From an uncultured Bacilli bacterium (GTDB taxonomy: Bacteria > Bacillota_I > Bacilli_A > RF39 > UBA660): DNA of 64,000 bases. Both the position numbers and the translations under genes were made by a program. Shown here one piece after another: positions 1 through 9,501 of this stretch; the first letter of the stretch is position 1, and the number at the start of each line of letters is the position of its first letter. The notes under the pieces were generated by a model that saw only the letters and a list, made by a program, of their open reading frames with translations, made no database searches and was not told the origin of the DNA. The stretch spans positions 1 through 64,000 of the forward strand of contig CANQQV010000001.1 of the NCBI GenBank assembly GCA_947626095.1, read 5' to 3'.

Positions 1-71
1 CAAAAAAATCAACCCGAACGGATTGATTATATGTTAAGTTCAAACTATAAAAGTTCGAACAGAAACGTCAC

Positions 72-145
72 TGGAGCGGGTGATGGGAATCGAACCCACG
101 TTATCAGCTTGGAAGGCTGAAGCTCTACCATTAAACTACACCCGC
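72..145 (-). tRNA. tRNA-Gly (anticodon TCC)
   Basis: Reverse complement GCGGGTGTAGTTTAATGGTAGAGCTTCAGCCTTCCAAGCTGATAACGTGGGTTCGATTCCCATCACCCGCTCCA folds as a cloverleaf with TTCGA T-loop, TCC anticodon and encoded CCA. Confidence 0.97.
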
Positions 146-166
146 AAAATTAAGTAGGCAATATTA

Positions 167-194
167 ATTATAACAGATTTTTCTTAAATTGCAA
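167..194 (-). promoter_or_regulatory. sigma-A-type promoter of tRNA-Gly
   Basis: TTGCAA-16 nt-TATAAT on the minus strand about 20 nt upstream of the tRNA. Confidence 0.7.
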
Positions 195-221
195 GAGTTT
201 AAGCCTACTTTATTTATTTTA

Positions 222-1769
222 TGTTGATTTTCATTTGGAAGTCCGTTTTTAATAAAAAAACGGAAATAAGTCTGATTATAGTATAATAAATCATGTTTCT
301 ATGCAGATGAAGGAGGATTTGAAATTATAATGAAAACATGGAAACATATAAATTTGGAACAAAGAAAAGTTATATCATCTGGCATTGCCCATAATGATAA
401 ATTAATTGAAATTAGTGAAAGACTATCACTAGACCCTAGAAGTATTTCTAGAGAAGTCAGAAGAAATAGAATACCAATTGATTATTCACCAAATATTAAA
501 CCAAACTGTCCCAAACTTGATAGATGGCCTTTAGTTTGCACTAAATGCAAATTAAGATATTCTAATAATTGTCATCATGTTAAGTTTAAATATGATGCTC
601 AAAAAGCTCAAAATAATGCTGATTATAATCTAATTAATTCTAGAAAAGGAATCGATATTGATTCTGAAGAATTCAATAAATTAGATTTTATCATAAAAAA
701 GGGAACAGACGAAAATAAATCAATTTATCAAATTAAAATTGAAAATAACAATGAAATTGATAAATCCATTACTACCTTATATAGATATATTAATAAAGGA
801 TACTTAACTACAAAAAGAATTGATCTGCCTTCTGCTGTTAAATATAAAAAAAGAAAACATAATAAAAAGTATGACTATTCTAACACCACAATTGATAGAA
901 CTGGTCATACCTATTTAGACTATCTGTCATACATTCACAAAAACCCACGTGCTAATGTATGGCAACTAGATTTTCTAGGAGCCATTAAAACAGATAGTAA
1001 ATGTATTTTATCATTTATTTTACCAGAAATCCACTTTACTTTATTAGACATCATCACTAATCCTAATTCTTGCAAAGTTGTAAATTTTTTTGATGAATTA
1101 GAAGAAAAAATTGGAACTGAAAACTTTATTGAATTGATACCAATTATACTAACAGATAGAGATCCTTGTTTTACTGATATTGATGGTATTTGTTTTTCTA
1201 AAATTACTGGTGAAGAAAGATGTAAATTATTTTTTTGTGATCCTTATGTATCTAATCAAAAACCTAATGTAGAAAATATCAACAAGCAAATAAGAAAATT
1301 TTTTCCAAAAGGAAAATCAATTGGTTGTTTATCTAAACAAGATGTTTTTAAAAAAAACATTATTTTACTTAATACTCCTTTGAAATCTTTAGATGGTTAT
1401 ACTCCAAAAGAAACTTTTCAAGTTGTTTATGGTGAAGATTTATTTTTGAAAATATTTGATGTTGTCAATGACGAACGTAAGTGAGTTTATTTTAATCATT
1501 GACAACATATAGGTTATTTTAAAATATTTTAGCAAATAAAGTTTATCTTTATTTGTTACTAATCACATATATTTGCATAGAAACAAAAGCGACAATAAGT
1601 TTAAAAAACGGACTTTAGTCTGTTATTTTCGTCATGGGAAAATTTCAAATTAACAAATCTGTTTCTTTTATTTTATCAACCTTATTTCCGTTTATTCTCT
1701 TAAAAGCGGCATTTAATCTAGGAAAAATTAAAATCCGTTAAAAAACGGACTTTAGTTTAAAAATTTGCG
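222..1769 (+). mobile_element. IS30-family insertion sequence with imperfect terminal inverted repeats and 15-bp target duplication
   Basis: ACTTTATTTATTTTA at 207-221 and 1770-1784; the core AAGTCCGTTTTT lies the same distance inside both ends in inverted orientation; encloses a transposase. Confidence 0.85.
330..1484 (+). CDS. IS30-family transposase
   Basis: N-terminal HTH (SISREVRRN), TTLYRYI motif, DDE-like residues (WQLD, TDRDPCF, QKPNVENINKQIRKFFPKG). Confidence 0.9.
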   Translation: MKTWKHINLEQRKVISSGIAHNDKLIEISERLSLDPRSISREVRRNRIPIDYSPNIKPNCPKLDRWPLVCTKCKLRYSNNCHHVKFKYDAQKAQNNADYNLINSRKGIDIDSEEFNKLDFIIKKGTDENKSIYQIKIENNNEIDKSITTLYRYINKGYLTTKRIDLPSAVKYKKRKHNKKYDYSNTTIDRTGHTYLDYLSYIHKNPRANVWQLDFLGAIKTDSKCILSFILPEIHFTLLDIITNPNSCKVVNFFDELEEKIGTENFIELIPIILTDRDPCFTDIDGICFSKITGEERCKLFFCDPYVSNQKPNVENINKQIRKFFPKGKSIGCLSKQDVFKKNIILLNTPLKSLDGYTPKETFQVVYGEDLFLKIFDVVNDERK

Positions 1770-1781
1770 ACTTTATTTATT

Positions 1782-3143
1782 TTAATGAGAATTAATATAT
1801 TTTCTAACTTCTTCTGCATCATCTAGATGTATTTTTTCATGTCCTATTATTTGATAATCCTCATGTCCTTTACCTAGGATTAAAACTACATCATCTTTCT
1901 TTATCATATCTAAAGCTTTAACTATCGCTTTTCTTCTATCAAGTTCTACTTCAAAATTATTAGTTTTAACCCCAGCTAAAATATCATTCATAATCATTTG
2001 TGGATCTTCTGTACGTGGATTATCACTTGTATAAATAACATAATCAGAGTTTTCTGCAGCTATTCTACCCATAATTGGTCTTTTCTTAGGATCTCTATCT
2101 CCTCCACAACCAACTAAAGTAATTACTCTCCCCTTTTTATTTTCTGTAAATGCATTAATAATCTTTTCTACGGCATCAGGTGTATGAGCATAATCAATAA
2201 CTGCTTCTCCATCTTTAACTTTAATTTGTTCACATCTACCTTTAGGTGGATATACATCTTTAGTTACTTTGATAATCTCCTCTACATCATAACCTAAAGA
2301 ATTAATTAAAGATAAAGCTGTTAAATAATTATATACATTAAATGTACTTCTTAAATTAGTATCTACTTCATATTCCTTACCATCTACACTAAACTTAATA
2401 TGTGTACCATGTTCTGTATCATTATATGAAATAATCTTATAATTATCACCCTTTTTACCTAATGTTTTAACGTTATTATAATCTAACCACTTATCTCCAT
2501 AACTATCATCCATATTAACAATCATAGGACCTTCTAGTTGCTTTAAAATTAACTTCTTAGCTGCTAAATAATTATCCATTGTTATATGATAATCTAAGTG
2601 ATCTTGCGTTAAATTAGTAAAAGCTGCTACTTTATAATTTATTCCTTTAACTCTTTCTTGATGTAATGCATGAGAACTAACTTCCATCATTACGTTCTTA
2701 CAACCCTTTTCTTTAGCTGTTAACATTAATTCATATAAATCTAATATATTAGGTGTTGTATTAGGTAATTCAATAAAATCTTCATCAGGTAAATAAAAAC
2801 CTATTGTACCTATATATCCTGTCTTACTACCTAACTTATTTAATATCTGATAAGTAAGATAAGCCGTAGTTGTCTTACCATTAGTCCCAGTAACTCCTAT
2901 TATATTCATTTCATTAACTTCATCTGCATAAGTATTAGCTACATAATCAGTCAACCATTTATTAGTATCTTCTACTATTTCTTGTTCTATTTTACTATCT
3001 ACTTTATGTTCTACTATTGCTTTAACTGCCCCTAGTTCATAAGCTTTTTCAACATAATCATGACCATCAACAGTTGTACCTGGTATCGCAACAAACGTAT
3101 CACCAGGTTTTATTTTACGAGAATCGATTTTAATATTAATCAT
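1782..3143 (-). CDS. murE: UDP-N-acetylmuramoyl-tripeptide synthetase MurE
   Basis: DSRK, GVTGTNGKTT, MEVSSH, TNLTQDHLDYH, DYAHTPDA, GGDRD, DNPR, GKGHE motifs. Confidence 0.96.
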   Translation of the reverse strand: MINIKIDSRKIKPGDTFVAIPGTTVDGHDYVEKAYELGAVKAIVEHKVDSKIEQEIVEDTNKWLTDYVANTYADEVNEMNIIGVTGTNGKTTTAYLTYQILNKLGSKTGYIGTIGFYLPDEDFIELPNTTPNILDLYELMLTAKEKGCKNVMMEVSSHALHQERVKGINYKVAAFTNLTQDHLDYHITMDNYLAAKKLILKQLEGPMIVNMDDSYGDKWLDYNNVKTLGKKGDNYKIISYNDTEHGTHIKFSVDGKEYEVDTNLRSTFNVYNYLTALSLINSLGYDVEEIIKVTKDVYPPKGRCEQIKVKDGEAVIDYAHTPDAVEKIINAFTENKKGRVITLVGCGGDRDPKKRPIMGRIAAENSDYVIYTSDNPRTEDPQMIMNDILAGVKTNNFEVELDRRKAIVKALDMIKKDDVVLILGKGHEDYQIIGHEKIHLDDAEEVRKYINSH

Positions 3144-3269
3144 AATTATTCACCTCTAGTAATATCATATTAATTTTATTAAAAATATACAATTATATAT
3201 AATCCACAATATTTATTTTATAATATTAAAAATCCACATTTATATAAATTATATTAATTTAAAAAACTC

Positions 3270-3298
3270 TTGCATTTTAATTTAAGTTATATTATTAT
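3270..3298 (+). promoter_or_regulatory. sigma-A promoter of uracil permease-upp operon
   Basis: TTGCAT-17 nt-TATTAT. Confidence 0.65.
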
Positions 3299-3318
3299 TT
3301 TCTAAAGGGTGTAGAGAA

Positions 3319-3447
3319 GTGACAAAAGTTTTAAATGTTAAAAATCAAATAATTAAACATCTTACTACAAACAGAACTTGTCGTGTTGCTGATTCTGTCA
3401 TTGCTTTTGTTATTTCATTTTTAAAGTTAAATATTTTTGTTAATTAA
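3319..3447 (+). CDS. putative 42-aa leader peptide (attenuator)
   Basis: SD-like AAAGGGTG, GTG start, 43 open codons ending at the base of a terminator hairpin; not in the ORF track. Confidence 0.45.
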   Translation: MTKVLNVKNQIIKHLTTNRTCRVADSVIAFVISFLKLNIFVN

Positions 3448-3483
3448 GAAGATTTTCCTTTATAGGATATCTTCTTTTATTTT
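3446..3483 (+). terminator. intrinsic terminator in the 5' leader of the uracil permease gene (attenuator)
   Basis: AAGAAGATTTTCCT-TTAT-AGGATATCTTCTT stem followed by a T-rich tract, between promoter and RBS. Confidence 0.7.
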
Positions 3484-3514
3484 GCTTTCTACATTCAATT
3501 AGAGGAGGAGTTTT

Positions 3515-4930
3515 ATGGAAAAGAAAAAAATGTTAATTGACATCGATGAAAAGCCAAGTATCGGTAAATGGATAGTTCTAGCTATACAACACGTCTTTGC
3601 CATGTTTGGTGCTACAATTCTTGTTCCAATCTTAGTTAACCAAGCAGCTGGTGAAGAAGTATTAACTATTCCCGTTGCTTTAGTTGCATCTGGTATTGGA
3701 ACACTTATTTATATTTTATGTACGAAAGGAAAATCACCTGTTTACTTAGGTAGTTCATTTGCTTTTATCTCACCTATCGCTGCTGCCTTCTTAGTTGGTG
3801 GTATGGGTGGTGCCATGACAGGTATCATGGCTGTAGGTCTAATCTACATTATCGTCGCCCTTATTATCAAGTTTGTTGGTAAAGACTGGTTAGATAAACT
3901 ACTACCACCGATTATTATAGGACCAATGATTATGGTTATTGGTTTCAGTTTAGCACCAAGTGCTATATCAAGTATTGGTATTGATGGAACAACTGCTCTT
4001 GAGTGGAAAGGTTTAGTTGTTGCTTTAGTATCATTCTTAGTAACAGCTTTAGTAATGACTAGAGCTAAAGGATTCTTAAAAGTAATACCATTCTTAGTCG
4101 GTATTGTATCAGGTTATATTGTTGCTATTTGTTTTGGTTTAGTAGACTTCACTGGTTTTAAAGAAGCTGCCTTCTTTAGTCTACCTGCCTTCAAATTACC
4201 ATTTATTCATTATGATTTAAATTTTGCTGCTTTAATTACTATCGCCCCTATTGCTTTAGTAACAATGTGTGAACATATTGGTGACCACACTGCTCTAGGT
4301 AATATTATTGGTAAAGATTTAATTAAAGATCCAGGTCTAGATCGTACTTTACTTGGTGATGGTCTTGCAACATTTGTTGCCGGTTTAATCGGCGGACCTG
4401 CTAATACAACATATGGTGAAAATACTTCCGTTGTTGGTATGACTAAAGTTGCCTCTGTATGGGTAATTGGTCTTGCTGCAATATTCGCTATCGTTATTGG
4501 ATTCTTAGGTAAATTTACTGCTTTAGTTAGTTCAATACCTAACCCAGTACTTGGTGGTGTATCACTTCTATTATATGGCTTTATTGGTATAAACGGACTT
4601 AAAGTCTTAATGGCTAATAAAGTTGATTTTGAAAATCCAAAAAATGTTTTAATCGCATCTACAATGTTAGTTTTAGGATTAGGAGGAGCTGTTATTTCTA
4701 TTACTAGTGGAGACTTAAATGTTCCTATTAAAGGTATGAGTCTTGCTGCTATCTTTGGTATCTTATTAAACTTAATAATCCCAGATTCACCTGTTGAAGA
4801 AGTTGAAGAAGACGCTGAAAAAAAAATAATAGTAGAAGAACCTAAAACTAAAAAAACAACAAAAAAAGTAGTTAAAGAAACTAAATCTTCTAAAACTACA
4901 ACTAAAAAAACAAATACGAAAAAAAGCTAA
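3515..4930 (+). CDS. uraA: uracil permease (NCS2/UraA-PyrP family)
   Basis: QHVFAMFGATILVP, YLGSSFAF, EHIGD, PANTTYGEN motifs; adjacent to upp. Confidence 0.93.
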   Translation: MEKKKMLIDIDEKPSIGKWIVLAIQHVFAMFGATILVPILVNQAAGEEVLTIPVALVASGIGTLIYILCTKGKSPVYLGSSFAFISPIAAAFLVGGMGGAMTGIMAVGLIYIIVALIIKFVGKDWLDKLLPPIIIGPMIMVIGFSLAPSAISSIGIDGTTALEWKGLVVALVSFLVTALVMTRAKGFLKVIPFLVGIVSGYIVAICFGLVDFTGFKEAAFFSLPAFKLPFIHYDLNFAALITIAPIALVTMCEHIGDHTALGNIIGKDLIKDPGLDRTLLGDGLATFVAGLIGGPANTTYGENTSVVGMTKVASVWVIGLAAIFAIVIGFLGKFTALVSSIPNPVLGGVSLLLYGFIGINGLKVLMANKVDFENPKNVLIASTMLVLGLGGAVISITSGDLNVPIKGMSLAAIFGILLNLIIPDSPVEEVEEDAEKKIIVEEPKTKKTTKKVVKETKSSKTTTKKTNTKKS

Positions 4931-4961
4931 AAAGTAATTAATATAAAACTGGAGGAATATT

Positions 4962-5588
4962 ATGAAAGCTATAGAATTAAATCATCCCTTAATTGAACAT
5001 AAATTAGCTATATTAAGAGATAAAAATACTGGAACTAAAGAATTTAGAGAATTAATCAAAGAAATTGGTATGTTTCTTTGTTATGAAGCAATGAAAGATG
5101 CTACTTTAGAAGAAGTAGAAATCGAAACCCCAATTAAAAAAATGAAAACTGGTAAATTAAATGAAGATAAATATGCCTTTGTTCCTATTTTAAGAGCTGG
5201 TATGGGTTTACTAGAAGGAGTAACTAGTGTAATACCTAATGCTAAAATCGGTCATATTGGTATGTATCGTAATGAAGAAACATTTGAACCAGTTAACTAC
5301 TTTTTTAAAGTCCCTAAAGGTATTGAAGAAAGAGAAGTTATTATTCTTGATCCGATGTTAGCAACTGGTGGTTCAGCCTTAGATGCAATTGATTTATTAA
5401 AAAGTAAAGGTGTTAAAAAGATTAAATTCATTTGTATTATAGCTGCTCCTGAAGGAATTATTAAAGTCGAAGAAAAGCATCCAGATGTTCAAATATATTG
5501 TGCACATATTGATGAATATCTAAACGAAAACAAATATATTGTTCCAGGTCTAGGAGATGCTGGTGATCGTATATTTGGTACAAAATAA
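4962..5588 (+). CDS. upp: uracil phosphoribosyltransferase
   Basis: [35 protein letters not shown]. Confidence 0.98.
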   Translation: MKAIELNHPLIEHKLAILRDKNTGTKEFRELIKEIGMFLCYEAMKDATLEEVEIETPIKKMKTGKLNEDKYAFVPILRAGMGLLEGVTSVIPNAKIGHIGMYRNEETFEPVNYFFKVPKGIEEREVIILDPMLATGGSALDAIDLLKSKGVKKIKFICIIAAPEGIIKVEEKHPDVQIYCAHIDEYLNENKYIVPGLGDAGDRIFGTK

Positions 5589-5611
5589 GTCGATTTATAT
5601 CGACTTTTTTT
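5586..5611. terminator. terminator between convergent upp and asnB
   Basis: AGTCGA-TTTATA-TCGACT stem followed by a T tract. Confidence 0.75.
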
Positions 5612-5628
5612 AATGAAAAAAGAAGCTT

Positions 5629-7449
5629 TTAAGCTTCTTTAAAAAATTGTTCATACCATACTAAGAATGTATATATATTCCAAACTTTTTTATAACAATC
5701 TTTCTTACCAGATTTATGATTTTCTAATAGCTTATTTATTCTTTTAACATCAAAGAACTTATTTGCTATATCTGAATTAAACTTATCTTTTATTTCCTTA
5801 TATAAATCATCTTCTCTTATCCACTCTCTAAGTGGTACTGGAAAACCTAATTTTTTCTTTTTATAAGCTTCATTAGGTATTACTTCTTTAGCTGCCATTC
5901 TTAAAGCTGGTTTAGTCGTTTCTTTATTTACTTTAGCATATACTGGTAACTTACTAGCTACTTTATATACTTCCTTATCTAAGAATGGTGTTCTAGCTTC
6001 TAAACCAAACATCATCGTATTACGATCTACAGCATGTAAGAAATCTCTAACTAACCAAAAATAGAAATCTATTACTTGTCTTTTAACCATATTTGAATTA
6101 TCTTTATATGTTTCATAGAATGGTGCAACTATATCTTTCGTATGTAATTGGTTCTTATTCTTACATATTTTAATTGCTTCTTCATCTCTAAATACTCTAC
6201 CTAAACCGATATTATAATTTTCTAGTTTTTGTCCACGACGCCATACAAAGTTAAATCCTCTTACTTCAGGGAATATTCCTGCTACCATCGATAAACCATG
6301 TCTAATAAAGTAAGGTATCTTCATATACCATTCTTGATCTACTTCTTCTTTATATGTGTTGTAGCCGCCAAATAACTCATCTGCCCCTTCACCCGATAAT
6401 ACAACTTTAACATCTTTAGAAGCTATTTCTGCTACAAAGTATAAAGCTATTGCTGAAGGATCAGCAAGTGGCTCATCCATATGATACATTATCTTAGGAA
6501 AAGCTTTTATATACTCTTCTTTAGTTATTTTTTTTGCCTTATTAGTTATTCCTAATTTACTAGTTAAATCTTTAGCATAAGCTATTTCATCATACTTAGG
6601 ATTATCATAACCAACGGTATACGTTTTATCTGGTCTCGCAATTGATACTAAATAAGAAGAATCAATTCCGCTTGACAAGAATGATCCAACTTCTACATCA
6701 GCAATCTCATGGTGTTTAACTGAATCTCTCATTGCTTTATCTATATCTTTAACTATATCTTCCATTGAATCATTAGTTTCATTAAATTCTAACTCAAAGA
6801 ATTTCTCAATTTTTATTTTATTATCTTTTAATATTAACTGATGCCCTGGTTCTAAACGATAAACTCCTTTAAAGAATGTTTCTTCCGTTGGTGTTGAATT
6901 AAAACATAAATAAGCTGATAATATTTCTTCATTAAATTCTTTTTTAAAATCAGGATGATCTAAGAAGGCTTTTATTTCTGAAGCAAACATAAACGTTTTA
7001 TCATTTTGGTAATAATAGAAAGGTTTAATCCCCCATCCATCTCTTGCACAGAACAATTCTTTTTTATTACTGTCCCAAATCGCAAAAGCAAACATTCCAC
7101 GTAGTTTTTTTGTTAAACTATGTCCCCACTCTTCATAACCATGAACTAATACTTCCGTATCAGAAGAAGTAACAAATTTATGTTTACTTTTCTTTAATTC
7201 TTCTCTTAATTCAAGATAATTATAAATTTCCCCATTAAAAACAATTACAATGCTTTTATCTTCATTATAAATAGGTTGATCACCTGTACTTAAATCGATA
7301 ATAGATAATCTTCGATGTCCTAAAGCACAATTATCATCTAAATAGAATCCTTCAGCATCTGGTCCTCTATGTTCAATACGATCAGTCATTGCTTTTAAAA
7401 CTTTTTTTGTTGGTTTCTTATCACTAACATATCCTGCTATACCACACAT
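5629..7449 (-). CDS. asnB: asparagine synthase (glutamine-hydrolysing) family amidotransferase
   Basis: N-terminal MCGIAG (start placed at this ATG), HRGPD, NGEIYN, LSSGIDSS, SGEGADELFGGY. Confidence 0.93.
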   Translation of the reverse strand: MCGIAGYVSDKKPTKKVLKAMTDRIEHRGPDAEGFYLDDNCALGHRRLSIIDLSTGDQPIYNEDKSIVIVFNGEIYNYLELREELKKSKHKFVTSSDTEVLVHGYEEWGHSLTKKLRGMFAFAIWDSNKKELFCARDGWGIKPFYYYQNDKTFMFASEIKAFLDHPDFKKEFNEEILSAYLCFNSTPTEETFFKGVYRLEPGHQLILKDNKIKIEKFFELEFNETNDSMEDIVKDIDKAMRDSVKHHEIADVEVGSFLSSGIDSSYLVSIARPDKTYTVGYDNPKYDEIAYAKDLTSKLGITNKAKKITKEEYIKAFPKIMYHMDEPLADPSAIALYFVAEIASKDVKVVLSGEGADELFGGYNTYKEEVDQEWYMKIPYFIRHGLSMVAGIFPEVRGFNFVWRRGQKLENYNIGLGRVFRDEEAIKICKNKNQLHTKDIVAPFYETYKDNSNMVKRQVIDFYFWLVRDFLHAVDRNTMMFGLEARTPFLDKEVYKVASKLPVYAKVNKETTKPALRMAAKEVIPNEAYKKKKLGFPVPLREWIREDDLYKEIKDKFNSDIANKFFDVKRINKLLENHKSGKKDCYKKVWNIYTFLVWYEQFFKEA

Positions 7450-7454
7450 CGTAA

Positions 7455-9398
7455 TCACTCACTTCCTAATACGTATGTATAATAATTAGTATCAACTATC
7501 ATTTTACTTATACTAAAGTAATTCGCTACTTTATTATTAATTCTCTTTATATATTCTTGTTCTGTAATACCTTCTAATTCTTTCTTAGCTATATATTCTT
7601 TGGTTGAAGCATTATAAGTACCATAATCAGTCGTCCAACTTCGATTAGAGAATATTGCTATTCCTTCACTATCACTTAATACATCTTTACCAAGAATTAA
7701 TCTTGAATCATAATCTACCCCAAATAAATTTAATAATGTTGGTAAGACATCTATCTGACTACCTACTTTATTTACTTCAACTGGTTTTTCTATTTTATTA
7801 TTCCAAAGAATAAAATTACTTTTATTTACTTCTACTATATCATCTTTTTCATAAGTTGCAACTTCATTCATTTGATCTATTGACAATGTATAAGGATAAT
7901 GGTCACCTACTAAAGCAATTACCGTATCATCCAATTTACCTGTTTCTGCTAATTTATTTACTAATGTTTCTAACATTTTATCTAGTTCCATCTGAGCTGC
8001 CAAATAATATTTAACATTTTTATCATACTCTAAATCTTCTATATATTCTTTATAATGTTGGGCTATATTATCTCCCGCTTCATATGGTGCATGTCCACTA
8101 ACCGTTACATAATACGTTGCAAATGGTTTATCACTATTCATATAATCTTCATAAGTAACATTAACCATTTCTGAATCAAATGGCAACCAATCACAGTTCA
8201 TTCGTTCTTCTAATCCATTACCACAACCAGTATAATTATTAAACCCTAATGTTTCCATTGTTTTATTTCGCTTATAATAGGTATAAGTCCAATCATGATA
8301 ACTTTGTACTTGGTAACCTATCCTACCAAAACTATTACCTATAGCATAAGCTATAGTTGGTTGTTCTTTTTTCCAAGTTCCAAGAATATCTTGAGTAGGT
8401 ATTAAACCTGTCGTTGCTTGAAATTCTCCCCCCGTCGTACTTAAAAATACTGGCGAATAAAAATTATTAAAAACAAATCCCCCATTTATCATTTTATAAA
8501 GGGTTGGCGTTCTTTCTTTATCTACTGCTACTTCATTAAATCCTTCAGCTAAAATAAAGATTAAGTTTTTCCCTCTAAACATTCCAGTATACTTCGTTTT
8601 ATTACTAGCTTGTTGTTTCGCCATATAATTATTTAATGAATTAATCATCTTATTATTAGAAGTTAACTTACTAAAATCAATATCTAAACTATTAAAGCCA
8701 TAATCTATTTCTTCTTCATTTACTTTAGGTTCCTCAATAGGTATTTCATCTTCTATAACAATTTTAGCTTCATACCCAAATAACTGTCTTTTAATATCTA
8801 TTTTAGTATAAGTAAGCATCCCAAAAGTATCTATCAGTGATACTTGATCATCTATATTATAATAAAGTTCTTTAGCATATTTAGTATCATCATTAAAAGG
8901 AATAAAAAGCATATATGTTGATAAGTAAGACATTATTAACATAATAAAAAGAGTAATAATACTTTCTTTATGATATCTCGTTGTATCTAAAAATTTATTA
9001 AAGATTAAACCTAATATTAAAGGTACTAAGAACAAAATAAAAATAAATAGATGAGATATTATTGCATCTTTAATAATATTCGTAAAATCTAATGCTTGAT
9101 TAGCTAAACTAATTGTCGAAAAAGAAAAAGGTGTTGAAAACAAATTAAAAAAGATATATTGTATTTCAAAATATACAGTTATTATAAATACTATCAACAA
9201 ACAAATTATTTTATTAACTCTTTTATTAAAAGCTTTAGCAAGTACTGTTAATAACAAAACAAATGGTAAACTAAAGATAAGCATATAAATAAGATTGCTA
9301 TTTATAAAGTGTTTAGCAATAACTATCTTAGTTAGTAATTCTAAATATAAAATCGTTATAAAAAAGTACGCAAAAGGATGTATTTTAATTTTATTCAT
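7455..9398 (-). CDS. LTA synthase family / sulfatase-domain membrane protein
   Basis: Five N-terminal TM segments, NLIFILAE, TTGGEF, H and GDH metal ligands, SQIDVLPTLLNLFG. Confidence 0.85.
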   Translation of the reverse strand: MNKIKIHPFAYFFITILYLELLTKIVIAKHFINSNLIYMLIFSLPFVLLLTVLAKAFNKRVNKIICLLIVFIITVYFEIQYIFFNLFSTPFSFSTISLANQALDFTNIIKDAIISHLFIFILFLVPLILGLIFNKFLDTTRYHKESIITLFIMLIMSYLSTYMLFIPFNDDTKYAKELYYNIDDQVSLIDTFGMLTYTKIDIKRQLFGYEAKIVIEDEIPIEEPKVNEEEIDYGFNSLDIDFSKLTSNNKMINSLNNYMAKQQASNKTKYTGMFRGKNLIFILAEGFNEVAVDKERTPTLYKMINGGFVFNNFYSPVFLSTTGGEFQATTGLIPTQDILGTWKKEQPTIAYAIGNSFGRIGYQVQSYHDWTYTYYKRNKTMETLGFNNYTGCGNGLEERMNCDWLPFDSEMVNVTYEDYMNSDKPFATYYVTVSGHAPYEAGDNIAQHYKEYIEDLEYDKNVKYYLAAQMELDKMLETLVNKLAETGKLDDTVIALVGDHYPYTLSIDQMNEVATYEKDDIVEVNKSNFILWNNKIEKPVEVNKVGSQIDVLPTLLNLFGVDYDSRLILGKDVLSDSEGIAIFSNRSWTTDYGTYNASTKEYIAKKELEGITEQEYIKRINNKVANYFSISKMIVDTNYYTYVLGSE

Positions 9399-9501
9399 GC
9401 CAACACTTCTTTCATAAACTTTCGTTAGTTATTATACCACAAATTGCCATATATTATTTATTTTAAAGACCAGAAAAAAAGATATTTACGTCATATCTTT
9501 T

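Noticed and set aside
3300-3345. PyrR-binding loop
   Set aside because: GTAGAGAAGT only loosely resembles the consensus and I could not build the expected stem
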